From positions 704,001 to 768,000 of the forward strand of contig CAWHBU010000004.1 of assembly GCA_963827685.1 (NCBI GenBank): a stretch of DNA of 64,000 bases, in the 5' to 3' direction. This document shows positions 20,611-30,872 of the stretch, piece by piece. The translations under genes and the position numbers were made by a program. A model generated the notes under the pieces. The model ran no database searches, was not told the DNA's origin, and saw only the letters and a list, made by a program, of their open reading frames with translations. This DNA comes from an uncultured delta proteobacterium. Its GTDB lineage: Bacteria > Desulfobacterota > BSN033 > UBA1163. The stretch's first letter is position 1, and each line of letters begins with the position of its first letter.

Positions 20611-20853
20611 AACGAAGAAGTCGGCATTAAGATCACCCTTGGAAGAGCATTGGAATCCCCGCTCAAGAGTACTTCCTGTACTAAATGTTTTACAGATTCG
20701 ATAAAAAAGTGTATATTCCAACCAGTAATCCATAGCAGAATATTTATACCGACTGCTGATACTATCCCTAAAATGGAAGCATGTCCGCACCAATTGTGGA
20801 TGTGAGCGAGTTATGCGATATTTTGTCGAGCAAAAGATTGGGGGAGGCTATTA

Positions 20854-22071
20854 ATGTTTTACAATCTAAAGCGACTAAACAATATTTTAAAAGTAATAAC
20901 GATACCTTTACTCATCTCCTTATCCTTATCTCCCGTTGTGTATTCACAAGAACAGGAGAAGGATGTAACTATATTAATTAAGAAACTGAAGGATAAAGAC
21001 GTAGGTGTCCGAGAGAATGCAGTTGTAGACCTTGTGTGGACAAAAGATGCCCGTGCCATCGATGCCCTAATTACAGCATTGAAGGATGAAGACGCAGGTG
21101 TCCGAACGAAAGCAGCCTTGGGTCTTGGGGAGATGAAGGATGCCCGTGCAGTTGAGCCTTTGATTGCTGCATTGAAGGATAAGGGTAAATATGTTCGATG
21201 GAGTGCAGCCGTTGCCCTTGGGGAGATAAAAGATGCCCGTGCCGTCGAGGCCTTAATTACAGCATTGAAGGATGAAGACGCATTTGTCCAATGGGTTGCA
21301 ATATTTGCTCTTGGGGAAATAAAGGATGCTCGTGCCATTGAGCCTCTGATTGCGATATTGAAGGATAAAGACAAATATGTTCGAGAGGGAGCTGCCTTAG
21401 CCCTTGGGGGGATAGGCGCATCTGCAGTTGAGCCCTTAATTACAGCATTGAAGGATAAAGATGCAGGTATCCGGGGGAGTGCCGCCTTAGGCCTTGGGGA
21501 GACAAAAGATGTCCGTGCAGTTGAGCCTTTGATTGCTGCATTGAAGGATAAAGCAGCAGGTGTCCGATGGCAAGTCGCCGTTGCCCTTGGGGAAATAAAA
21601 GATGACCGCGCCGTTGAGCCTTTAATTACAGCATTGAAGGATAAAGACGTAGGTGTTCGGCAGAATGTGGCCCATGCTCTTGGGGAAATAAAGGATGTCC
21701 GTGCCATTGAGCCTTTGATTGCAACATTAAAGGATAAAGACAAAGAGGTTCGAGAGAAAGCCGCCGATGCCCTTGCGGAGATAAAGGATGCTCGTGCTGT
21801 CAATGTTTTGCTTACCGCCCTAAAGGAGAAAAGGTTAGAGATAATAGCTGGTGCCTACGCATTTTTTATTCGGAAAGGCAAACCTGGAACAGAGGATATC
21901 CTTATTGAGGCTTTGAATAAATATTTCACTATGGAAAGGGCAAAGGATTTTCTAAATTGTGGAAACAGTAAGTTGGAAGAAGCTGCAATCCTATTGGCAA
22001 AAGAACATGGTTATAATTTAAGGCATCTGCCTAGCGATAAACAAAGTCTCCTATGGGGACAGGAGAAATGA
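20854..22071 (+). CDS. Exported HEAT/PBS-lyase repeat protein
   Basis: Signal-peptide-like N-terminus; nine ~31-aa repeats KDKDxxVRxxAAxALGEIKDARAVEPLIAAL. Confidence 0.9.
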   Translation: MFYNLKRLNNILKVITIPLLISLSLSPVVYSQEQEKDVTILIKKLKDKDVGVRENAVVDLVWTKDARAIDALITALKDEDAGVRTKAALGLGEMKDARAVEPLIAALKDKGKYVRWSAAVALGEIKDARAVEALITALKDEDAFVQWVAIFALGEIKDARAIEPLIAILKDKDKYVREGAALALGGIGASAVEPLITALKDKDAGIRGSAALGLGETKDVRAVEPLIAALKDKAAGVRWQVAVALGEIKDDRAVEPLITALKDKDVGVRQNVAHALGEIKDVRAIEPLIATLKDKDKEVREKAADALAEIKDARAVNVLLTALKEKRLEIIAGAYAFFIRKGKPGTEDILIEALNKYFTMERAKDFLNCGNSKLEEAAILLAKEHGYNLRHLPSDKQSLLWGQEK

Positions 22072-22199
22072 ATCTTTGTCCGACAAAAACGGTCGCCTAA
22101 GCCATTGCAAAAAACCAACGTGCAAACCCTTGGGGCTTCTTCTGCAACAGAAACGTCATGCAGATTTCTTTCAGTAATCTTTGCCATTCAACAGGGGGC

Positions 22200-22383
22200 A
22201 TAGGGTCAGGTCTTGCAATCACACATTTCCTTTCCTAGAACAAGACAGGATGTCATCCATAAAAGAGTTGGTGTATTCGAATGCGGAATTCGGGTGGACT
22301 CCCAGGGGACGGGACGCAGTTAAATTTGTTAAGTAAGTGCGGTTTGCTTTCCGACCAAACTCCCGCCCAAATGCTCCTTCCTG
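22200..22383 (+). repeat. 184-bp direct repeat, copy 1
   Basis: About 4 mismatches versus 25055-25238. Confidence 0.92.
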
Positions 22384-22492
22384 AAACTTTCACTTCCCTA
22401 ATTTTTGAAAAAGGGGTATATTACAACCCATAATACACAATTGACAACCCTGATTCTAAGGGGTGGTTAATTTTTTTTATTTATTATAATGC

Positions 22493-22605
22493 TGCAGTAT
22501 AATATTGCTTTAAACAATATTATACTGCAAAAAGGGCCATTTAAACGGCTGAAAGACTCGGTTTTTGGAGGTAACGTCACAACAGCACAAAAAACAATGT
22601 TGAGC
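22493..22605 (+). other. 15-bp-arm palindrome and attI-like site
   Basis: TGCAGTATAATATTG-N7-CAATATTATACTGCA; similarity to 34322-34465 ends at GTT (GTTGAGC, 22599). Confidence 0.5.
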
Positions 22606-22704
22606 AGTGGAATAATTACTATCAAAGAGATTTAGTGTTATACTGCAAGATAGCTTAGGTCCAAAATGCTCAAGACGCACATTACCGATCTAACGCTTTG
22701 ACAA

Positions 22705-23916
22705 ATGAGTGAGATAATGTTGAACGCTGAAATACTTGAACAAAATAGACTTGATGTATCAGAAAAGAGCAGGTCTAACATCTTTAACTGGCGCGGTCAA
22801 TTCACGCCACAATTCATCGAGTACATGCTTGATGCTTTCGCAACTCCCGGCTCGCTCGTTGTCGATCCGTTTTGTGGCAGCGGAACGGTCTTGCTTGAAG
22901 CTGCTGCAAAACAAATGTTGTCATTGGGGTGCGAAATCAACCCTGCGGCATACGCAATGTCGAAATTCATCGGTCTTGGGAATCTCCCAAGAGATCAGAG
23001 AGTATACCTCTTTCGCGGTGTTCAAGATAAGGTTTTTCATTTGGCTAAATATTATCAGGCTATCCCAACGTTTGTAGCAAACGTTGATTTCAGACAACAG
23101 TACAAGAATCTTCTATATTGCGCATCCAAACTATTCGCGACAATGCAGGGGAAAAGTGAGTTATTGCTTGCGCTGATTATTTTGATGCGGGTAGAAAGTA
23201 ATGGTCGTGGCGACTTAGAGAGTTCACTTCGTAAGGCCTGCGTATCTGTTCGAGAAGACCTTTACAACTTACCTTTCACAGAAAAGAAAATTGAAATCGA
23301 GCTATGTGATGCTCGAAAGACTCACGAGAAACGCCTATCTTCTGCTGATCTCATAATCACAAGTCCACCCTATATCAATGTATTTAATTATCACCAGAAT
23401 TTTCGGGCGTTACTTGAAATAATAGGGTTTGATTTATTAAAAGTGGCAGAGAGCGAGATTGGCTCCAATAGGAAGAACAGAGGCAATAGATTCCGTACAG
23501 TTGTTCAGTATGCTATCGAGATGGAGCAGTGTCTGGTCAGCTTTGGGATGACCCTTAAGAATGGTGGCACCTTAATTCTTGTTGTTGGTTATGAATCAAA
23601 TGTTCGGGGCATTCCATTCACCAATTCAGGAATCCTTCGGGAAATTGCTGAGTCTCTCGGATGCTATTATCTCAAGGGTGAACGCCATCGCGTATTTGTG
23701 AACCGTTTTGGTAAATCTATAAGAGAAGACATTCTTATTTTGAATTCTACAGGCAATATCCCAGCTCAAGGTGTGGCGCGCCAGATTGCCGAAAGGCACC
23801 TTAAAGACGCTTTGAAACGGGCTGATGGCGAGGTCCGTGACAACATCATGGCAGTTCTATCAGATATAGCTGCGATTCCTCCATCGCCGATATTCAGCAT
23901 AAGAGGAGTGATTTGA
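22705..23916 (+). CDS. Amino (likely m4C) DNA methyltransferase of a type II R-M system
   Basis: DPFCGSGT followed later by TSPPY. Confidence 0.88.
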   Translation: MSEIMLNAEILEQNRLDVSEKSRSNIFNWRGQFTPQFIEYMLDAFATPGSLVVDPFCGSGTVLLEAAAKQMLSLGCEINPAAYAMSKFIGLGNLPRDQRVYLFRGVQDKVFHLAKYYQAIPTFVANVDFRQQYKNLLYCASKLFATMQGKSELLLALIILMRVESNGRGDLESSLRKACVSVREDLYNLPFTEKKIEIELCDARKTHEKRLSSADLIITSPPYINVFNYHQNFRALLEIIGFDLLKVAESEIGSNRKNRGNRFRTVVQYAIEMEQCLVSFGMTLKNGGTLILVVGYESNVRGIPFTNSGILREIAESLGCYYLKGERHRVFVNRFGKSIREDILILNSTGNIPAQGVARQIAERHLKDALKRADGEVRDNIMAVLSDIAAIPPSPIFSIRGVI

Positions 23917-24809
23917 TGCCACAGACGCCCCATAAAGACAAGTTGTTGGCAGCAATTAGCAACCCAAAATGCGAGGCTGCCGATATTGCCATATTAAAAG
24001 AATGTCTTGCCAGATACGAGACATGGATTGCTGATATGGCGAAAGTTGATCTCAACGGAAAAGATCGTGTTTTTGGACTCACCAAGCTCTTGAATGCGTA
24101 TAAGGATGACTTGGAAGTTGAAATAATCATGAAATCCCAGTCCCCATTTTTGATCAGACAAAAGGGTCAACTCAAATTGGACAATTCGGTATTTGAGGAG
24201 TTCCTGATGTACCTTGTTGACAGCAGGATTCTGGATGGACTACCTGCCTTTTCACTTGATATCGGCCCGCAGACTGCATTCATGTCGCTGGCGTTCACAC
24301 CAGCAAATCTAAATGCACTCGGTGGGAAACCGGCAGTGGAGGTCAAAGAGAAAGACGCTGACTTTGCGCTGGGAAAGACAATTCACTATAAGTTTTCACC
24401 AGATTCAAATTTCCCATCAACAAAGACAACAGAGGGCCAGCTTATGCTGGCCGTATTAGCAGCAGAATGTAAAGTGAACCTTGATAAAACAATGTTTCAA
24501 GAGGCTGCGGGTACTGCATCTCGCTTAAAACAAGGCTGCCCAATGTCAAGATATTACCTGCTTGTAGAATACTTAGATATGGAACCAGAGGATTGTCGGT
24601 TGACTGCAATAGACAACGTCTTTCTCCTGCGTCATGCAAAGCGTTTGCCATTCGGGAAACGCACTCAATACGATGAGGTGAAGGCGCAGCATCACTACAA
24701 GCCTATTGATTCAGAAATCATATGGAAGTTTTGCCAAGAGATACAGTCTTTTTTGAAGGCTGTGTGGTACGACCCCGGAAAGGCGCTTGACAGAGGCTCT
24801 TTCATATAA
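23913..24809 (+). CDS. Bpu10I-family type II restriction endonuclease
   Basis: QKGQLKLDNSVFEEF, KDADF and AAECKVNLDKTMFQE; overlaps the MTase stop. Confidence 0.82.
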   Translation: MMPQTPHKDKLLAAISNPKCEAADIAILKECLARYETWIADMAKVDLNGKDRVFGLTKLLNAYKDDLEVEIIMKSQSPFLIRQKGQLKLDNSVFEEFLMYLVDSRILDGLPAFSLDIGPQTAFMSLAFTPANLNALGGKPAVEVKEKDADFALGKTIHYKFSPDSNFPSTKTTEGQLMLAVLAAECKVNLDKTMFQEAAGTASRLKQGCPMSRYYLLVEYLDMEPEDCRLTAIDNVFLLRHAKRLPFGKRTQYDEVKAQHHYKPIDSEIIWKFCQEIQSFLKAVWYDPGKALDRGSFI

Positions 24810-25054
24810 ACGCCCAACAAAATCATGCAGCGAATCAAGGAAATCGGTGTCAGGTCTTGACGGCCTGTTGCTCAAAAGCCCAATTCAAAAATATCTGAAA
24901 ATTTAAGTTTCGATGAATGATAGCCGGGGGTAAATAGAACCAAATAGCACCATTTGGCCAATTTTAAAGCTCATCAGCTCCTTAAAATCTGAAAAAGACC
25001 TTATCTCCCTTGTCACAGCCCCTTTGATCTGCTCCATCATTACCGATGGAGGGT

Positions 25055-25238
25055 ATAGGGTCAGGTCTTGCAATCACACATTTCCTTTCCTAGAACAAGA
25101 CAGGATGTCATCCATAAAAGAGTTGGTGTATTCGAATGCGGAATTCGCGTGGACTCCCGGGGGACGGGACGCAGTTAAGTTTGTTAAGTAAGTGCGGTTT
25201 GCTTTCCGACCAAACTCCCGCCCAAATACTCCTTCCTG
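25055..25238 (+). repeat. 184-bp direct repeat, copy 2
   Basis: Near-identical to 22200-22383. Confidence 0.92.
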
Positions 25239-25561
25239 TACTATTGATTTTCAATTTTTGTTACGCGGTACAACATTTCAGATGGAAATCATGTAGGGTG
25301 GATTCGCCTGACTTAAACCATTCAACAGCATATTCATGTGTCGGAGTCTAAATTTTGAGTATAATCCTGACCTCAGCAGAGCCGAACCCTCCGATCATCT
25401 CAAGAGTCCGGGCCACATACTGCTTTATTAGAATCAAAGCACCTTTTCCATATTGTCCGCTGGTTTATTTTGCAATTTGGGCTTAACTTTAAAATCTACG
25501 GGTTTGTTAAATCAATTTTTATCAGCTTTTTCAGGGGTTGTTTGAAGATTAACGATTTTTC

Positions 25562-25677
25562 TTGACATTTAGCAGAGGATGGTATCTAATAAAAATAGAT
25601 TTAGTTGCAAACAGTCCTTTTTAGGACGACCGAAAACCCGCAAAGAACTCAAAACAGCTTCTTTGCGGGTTTTTTTA
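25562..25677 (+). promoter_or_regulatory. Promoter plus leader with hairpin and intrinsic terminator, copy 1
   Basis: TTGACA; GTCCT-TTTT-AGGAC hairpin; ACCCGCAAAGAA...TTCTTTGCGGGT followed by a T-run; ~120 bp before the BON gene. Confidence 0.7.
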
Positions 25678-25799
25678 TGGATACTCCAAGGGCCTCTTAC
25701 CAGGATCTACTAAAAGTTGGAACTAGATGTGAAAGGAGGTGAGGGATCTAAAGGCTTGATATTTCTACTAACTACTAACTAAGGAAGGAGGAAATTGCT

Positions 25800-26468
25800 A
25801 TGAAGACCGATGCGGAATTGCAACAACATGTTATGGATGAGCTCAAGTGGGAGCCGACCATTCGTGCGGCGGAGATTGGTGTTGCTGTCAAGGAGGGAGT
25901 GGTGACTCTTAGCGGCAGCGTTGACAGCTACGGTAAGAAGTGGGCTGCCGATCGTGCTGCCAAGCGGGTTTTTGGCGTCAAGGCAGTAACTGACGAGATC
26001 AAGGTCAAGCTGACTAGCTATTACAAGCGCGCCGACAAGGATATCGCCCAGTCGGCGTCAAACGTTCTCGACTGGAATCTTTGGATACCGAGTGACCGCG
26101 TCAAGGTGAGGGTGCAGGATGGTCAGATCACTCTGAGTGGCGATGTGGATTGGTATTACCAAAAAGAGCGCGCGGAGGATGCCGTACGTCACTTAGTAGG
26201 GGTATTGGGAGTCATCAACTCGATCACTGTCAAACCGCCAGTGCCGGAGGTGAAAGCGTTCGAGGTGAAGAACAAAATCGAAGACGCACTTAAGCGCAAT
26301 GCCAGATTATTATTAGCGGCCCAAAAGATTCAGGTGGAAAGTTCACGTAGCAAGGTGATTCTCCGTGGCAGCGTAGGCTCCTGGGCAGAGTATGAGGAAG
26401 CTGAATTCGCTGCTTGGTCAGCTCCCGGCGTGTCTCAGGTCGAGAACAAACTAACGATTACAGGTTAG
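25800..26468 (+). CDS. BON-domain (OsmY-like) protein with three BON repeats
   Basis: Repeated GxVTLSG.V...A....A..V.GV pattern; strong RBS. Confidence 0.9.
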   Translation: MKTDAELQQHVMDELKWEPTIRAAEIGVAVKEGVVTLSGSVDSYGKKWAADRAAKRVFGVKAVTDEIKVKLTSYYKRADKDIAQSASNVLDWNLWIPSDRVKVRVQDGQITLSGDVDWYYQKERAEDAVRHLVGVLGVINSITVKPPVPEVKAFEVKNKIEDALKRNARLLLAAQKIQVESSRSKVILRGSVGSWAEYEEAEFAAWSAPGVSQVENKLTITG

Positions 26469-26934
26469 ACTAAACTGGCAAAATGTTCCTATCTTTTCTC
26501 TTTTTTGGACCGCAATTTGTACCAAACCGCAGCCAACGCATACGTGTGCTCTATCATGGGTCTGCTCCACTGGAAGGGAAGCCGCTTCCTCAAGGCCTGA
26601 GATGAAGGAGCGCAGATCTCTGAGTTGACTTCATTCTACGAGGCTGCAAAGGTGATGTACCCTTTGTGGTACCAGAACTTTCCCTTTGAACGCTGGATTG
26701 GATTTCTGGAGTCATTTAACTTGATCCTACGACGAGAGTCGTCCCTTGCGTCTTTTACCTCGTTTCATTTTGCACTTCACCGGCATTACACTTTGTTGGC
26801 ACTATATTGTCACCGTTATTTTTTGTCAGCGTCTGATATGGGCCGAGGGGAGATCTCTTGCGACAGCGCAAAATAGAGGGGTTGTTTTTAGTCATTGTCA
26901 GAATACATGCCGCATTTGTAGGTTAACGATTTCC

Positions 26935-27049
26935 CTTGCTTTCTAGCAGAGAATAGTATATTAAAGAAGCGTAATCTAGATGCGAAGAGTCCTTTTTTGG
27001 ACGTGAGACCCGCAAAGAACTCTAAACAACTTCTTTGCGGGTTTTTTTT
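26935..27049 (+). promoter_or_regulatory. Promoter plus leader with hairpin and intrinsic terminator, copy 2
   Basis: GTCC-TTTTTT-GGAC; ACCCGCAAAGAA...TTCTTTGCGGGT followed by a T-run; ~100 bp before the kinase gene. Confidence 0.7.
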
Positions 27050-27152
27050 ATCAAGCCTTATCTTAGGATATATTTAATATTTAGTTACCAGGTTTTGTTC
27101 ATTAAAAATTTGAGAATAAAAGGAAGAAATTAGAAAGGAAGCCAAGGAGAAA

Positions 27153-28358
27153 ATGGCGATAGTAAATTTACACAAAGAATTAGACAAGGGAAAACTGGAG
27201 GCTTTAGTTGAGATTTTTGGAAAAATTAATAAACTTGAATTTGAGGAAATGTTGGAATTTTTAATCCATCAGACTATCGAAACTCTTGGGGTGAAAAGAT
27301 GCGCTATTTTTAAAGTTTTTCCTGAGCCAGAGATAGTGGTATTGTTAGCCGGAGAACCAAAAAATCAGCATGGGGTAGGCATGAAATTCTCTTTCAAGGA
27401 TTTAGGAGCGCTAAAAGAGGTCGTTGGGAGCAAGTCTTATCTTTTAATTACCGAGCCCTTGCATGATAAACGCACCTGGCACAGTCGAGAATTGATCTAC
27501 CATCGAGGCATTAATGCGATTTTGTTTATCCCCATATTGGTGCGAGATAAAGTAATTGGCGTGATTGTCATTGATGCGACGGGCGAGAGAAAAACTCTTA
27601 CCCAGGAAGCGATATACTTCTGTGTGGTTTTGAGCAATTTTGTCGGCACAGTTTTAGAAAGAGATTTAATTCATAAAGAAAGAGGGGAGGAGAAGACTTT
27701 AATGTTTTTGGGGCAGGCGGCTGCTGAAGCTGTCCACCGACTGCGTAATCCTTTGGTAGTGATTGGCGGTTTTGCTCGAAGATTGACAAAATTGAAAGAT
27801 CCTCTGTGCCAAGATTATGCTTCGCACATTATCGAAGGGGCCGATAAGCTGGACGCCGTAATCAGCGGATTGCTGAGTTTTTCTGCGCCTAAAAAAGTTC
27901 AGCTTACCGAAACCAAAATTAATGAGGTTATAAAAGAGGTTGAGAAATCAATTCCGGAGTTAATTGGTACGAAAAATATTAGGGTTAGTCTCCAATTAGA
28001 CTCAGGGATTCCAGCCGTTCTTGTCGATCCTGCTGAGATCGAAGATATGTTTTCTTCGATTTTGCGCAACGCGGTTGAGGCGATCGAGGCAGAGGGAGAG
28101 ATACTCATTAAAAGCAAAAAAGAAGGAAACGAGGTCAAGGTTTCTATTGCCAATACGGGTGGGTGCATTGATGAGGAAATTCTCCAAGAGATATTCAATC
28201 CTTTTTTCACTACTAAAGCAGCGGGTACCGGTTTGGGTTTAGCTACCGCCTATGCGACAATTAAAGCTTGTAACGGAGACATAAAAGTACAGAATGACCA
28301 GGCGCTCAAACTAACCACTTTTGTTATTACGATACCAATACCAGAAAGGAAGGGATAA
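27153..28358 (+). CDS. Cytoplasmic GAF-domain sensor histidine kinase
   Basis: GAF domain; H-box AVHRLRNPL; N box LRNAVEA; PFFTTK; GTGLGL. Confidence 0.9.
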   Translation: MAIVNLHKELDKGKLEALVEIFGKINKLEFEEMLEFLIHQTIETLGVKRCAIFKVFPEPEIVVLLAGEPKNQHGVGMKFSFKDLGALKEVVGSKSYLLITEPLHDKRTWHSRELIYHRGINAILFIPILVRDKVIGVIVIDATGERKTLTQEAIYFCVVLSNFVGTVLERDLIHKERGEEKTLMFLGQAAAEAVHRLRNPLVVIGGFARRLTKLKDPLCQDYASHIIEGADKLDAVISGLLSFSAPKKVQLTETKINEVIKEVEKSIPELIGTKNIRVSLQLDSGIPAVLVDPAEIEDMFSSILRNAVEAIEAEGEILIKSKKEGNEVKVSIANTGGCIDEEILQEIFNPFFTTKAAGTGLGLATAYATIKACNGDIKVQNDQALKLTTFVITIPIPERKG

Positions 28359-28394
28359 ACGAGTGTTCTTAAATCAAGAGAGTGCCTGAGCTGT

Positions 28395-28568
28395 CTCGTC
28401 CCATCATAGAAAAAACAAAACACCCACTTGAAGATATTCCAGATCGGCTGACCCTTCTTGCTTTTTCGTAGCTTCGGAAACGAATCTAACAAAAGAGCAT
28501 AAATACCGATCTTGCTTAAATAACGATCAAATAAGGCCAACCCCCCTCGCCCAGTAAGTGTGTTTTCT
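28395..28568 (-). pseudogene. Transposase fragment (IS1380-like)
   Basis: TLTGRGGLALFDRYL...FKWVFCFFYDGT resembles a transposase N-terminus; truncated on both sides. Confidence 0.55.
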
Positions 28569-28644
28569 CTAAATTTTAAAAAATAAATCGCTCAACTTAG
28601 GTTATATTTAAATAAATTATTAGAAAAAGAGGAGTTTGATCTCA

Positions 28645-30432
28645 ATGAAAGATTCTGATTCGAAGGTTCCAGATCAGAAAGAGTTAGAGAAGGAATTGAA
28701 CGAATACTTAGGTAAAAAGTATGGAGACCGAATTCGACTGGTCGTACCCATGCTCTTCCCAAAACCCCAGACAGAAGAAGTTTCGAAAGAAGAGAAGGAA
28801 CTGGGTGAGGGGAAGAAGAAGATTTATTTCGACTTAAAACCAGAGGAGTTGGAAGCTTTTCTGAATGATTACATCATTCGACAGGAAGAAGCCAAAGAGA
28901 TCCTGGCCACCAAAATCTGCACACACTTCAATCGGATCAAGTTTACTGAAATGACCAAGGGGCGCAATCGATATGAAGGGGTGGGCCATATCAAGAACAA
29001 TATCCTGATGATCGGTCCGACAGGTGTCGGCAAGACCTACCTGATTAAATTGATTGCTAAGAAGATTGGAGTGTCCTTTGTGAAGGGAGATGCGACGAAG
29101 TTCAGCGAAACTGGCTACGTCGGAGGGGATGTGGAGGACCTCGTCCGGGATCTGGTTTATGAAGCCAACGGAGATATTGAACTGGCTCAGTATGGAATCA
29201 TTTACGTGGATGAGATCGATAAGATCGCCTCATCGAACAACCTCATCGGTCCCGATGTTTCGAGAACGGGTGTTCAACGGGCTTTGCTCAAACCAATGGA
29301 GGAGACAGAGGTGGACCTCAAAGTCCTTCATGATCCAATCTCTCAATTGGAGGCTATTGAACATTACCGGAAGACCGGAAAGAGGGAGAAACGTACGATT
29401 AATACCAAGAATATCCTGTTCATTATGAGTGGAGCGTTCAATGGTTTGGAGGATTTCATCAAGAGACGTTTGAATCGGGAGGGCATTGGTTTCGGAGCCG
29501 AGGTTCGCTCGAAGGACGAACAAGCCGAGTATCTCAATCAGGTGAAGGCTGAAGATCTCATCGCCTTTGGATTCGAATCGGAGTTCATTGGAAGGCTGCC
29601 GGTAACCACCGTTTTTGAAAAACTGGAGGTTGACGACCTCTATGCAATCCTGAAAAATCCCAACAACCCTATTATCCTTGGAAAGAAGAAAGATTTCAAA
29701 TCCTATGGGATCGACATTCAATTCGAAGAGGAAGCCCTTTATGAGTTGGCAGTGAAGGCCTATGAAGAAAAGACCGGTGCGAGAGGATTGGTCAGTGCTG
29801 TCGAGAAGGTTCTCATCAAATTTGAAAAGCGACTTCCGTCCACCGATATCCGGAAATTTGTTGTCACACGGGAAGTGGTGGGAAACCCTGAACGGGAGCT
29901 AGAAAGATTGCTCCAGGATCCTTCGAACCCGGAGATGCAGGTTAAGTTTGAAATGCTCCTCTCCCAAGAAAACGTGGCCTTACGGGAATCCATCCTTAAC
30001 CGAGAGGCAGAATTTAAAAAACGCTATGGAATCATTTTCCGAGAGAATAGGATCGCTATCATTGTCAATCGGATGATCGAAAAAGGGTATGATGTCAACA
30101 CCGTTTTTGAAGAGGCAGTGGGGATTCAGCGACAGGTCGAAGAGTTTGAAATGGATTTTAAACGGAGGAATGGAATTTACCTTCAATTCAGCGAGGAGGC
30201 CATTGACCGGATTTCGGAGATGATCCTGAATGAAGATGGGAAAGCCGCAACGATCTTCTCGCGGCTTTCAAAGGATTATGAATATGGGTTGGAATTGATC
30301 AGCGATAAAACGAGTCAAAAAGAATTCATCATTACAAGAGAGGCGGTTGATAACCCAGAGGGATACCTCGACCGGACGATCCGTGAGATCTGCAGGCGAC
30401 AGTCAGACCAAAGGCTTGAGGGTAAAGAATAA
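28645..30432 (+). CDS. ClpX-like AAA+ ATPase lacking the Zn finger, with extended C-terminus
   Basis: GPTGVGKT, GYVG pore loop, YVDEIDK, IGF loop, TGARGL. Confidence 0.85.
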   Translation: MKDSDSKVPDQKELEKELNEYLGKKYGDRIRLVVPMLFPKPQTEEVSKEEKELGEGKKKIYFDLKPEELEAFLNDYIIRQEEAKEILATKICTHFNRIKFTEMTKGRNRYEGVGHIKNNILMIGPTGVGKTYLIKLIAKKIGVSFVKGDATKFSETGYVGGDVEDLVRDLVYEANGDIELAQYGIIYVDEIDKIASSNNLIGPDVSRTGVQRALLKPMEETEVDLKVLHDPISQLEAIEHYRKTGKREKRTINTKNILFIMSGAFNGLEDFIKRRLNREGIGFGAEVRSKDEQAEYLNQVKAEDLIAFGFESEFIGRLPVTTVFEKLEVDDLYAILKNPNNPIILGKKKDFKSYGIDIQFEEEALYELAVKAYEEKTGARGLVSAVEKVLIKFEKRLPSTDIRKFVVTREVVGNPERELERLLQDPSNPEMQVKFEMLLSQENVALRESILNREAEFKKRYGIIFRENRIAIIVNRMIEKGYDVNTVFEEAVGIQRQVEEFEMDFKRRNGIYLQFSEEAIDRISEMILNEDGKAATIFSRLSKDYEYGLELISDKTSQKEFIITREAVDNPEGYLDRTIREICRRQSDQRLEGKE

Positions 30433-30500
30433 TGGCAGCCAGAGATTATTATGATATTTTAGGCGTGAAAACCGATGCCAGCGATGAACAAATAAAGCGG
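30432..30500 (+). pseudogene. dnaJ: Truncated J-domain gene (first ~23 codons)
   Basis: MAARDYYDILGVKTDASDEQIKR, then loss of similarity before HPD; frame stops at 30563. Confidence 0.75.
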
Positions 30501-30537
30501 CGAGAAGATGAGGAAAAACTGGAAAAGGAGGTACGCA

Positions 30538-30648
30538 ATGGGAGACAAAGGCAAGAAGGATAAGGACAAGGGTCGGAAACAGAAGATAAATAAACAGGAA
30601 CAAAAGGCAAAAGGGAAGCTAGCGAAGCAACCGAGAAGAACCCCTTGA
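30538..30648 (+). CDS. Small Lys-rich protein (36 aa), MGDKGKKDKDKGRKQK...
   Basis: AAGGAGG RBS; below the ORF-track cutoff. Confidence 0.6.
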   Translation: MGDKGKKDKDKGRKQKINKQEQKAKGKLAKQPRRTP

Positions 30649-30872
30649 TAGAAAGCATGGTGAGGTGTCCGCCTCACCCATACGGTCAACATGGTCGTGT
30701 CCCTTGATGGACTGCCGTTCTCTCTTTCAATCGCAAATCATCAACTCTTATTACAACCTTGTCCTCACTCTTTGGTAGGTGCTATACGTAACAAAAAGGT
30801 GATTGAAAGTTAAGCTTATCAGGTTCATCATCTATCTGTATTTCCTATTGATTCAAAGGAAAGGAGATAGAG

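Noticed and set aside
20990-21810. 93-bp periodic repeats as a CRISPR array, and the antisense 314-aa ORF
   Set aside because: The repeats are in-frame HEAT coding units without unique spacers; the antisense ORF is a shadow.
26480-26900. Short ORFs between the BON and kinase genes
   Set aside because: They look like a decayed gene fragment with no assignable family.
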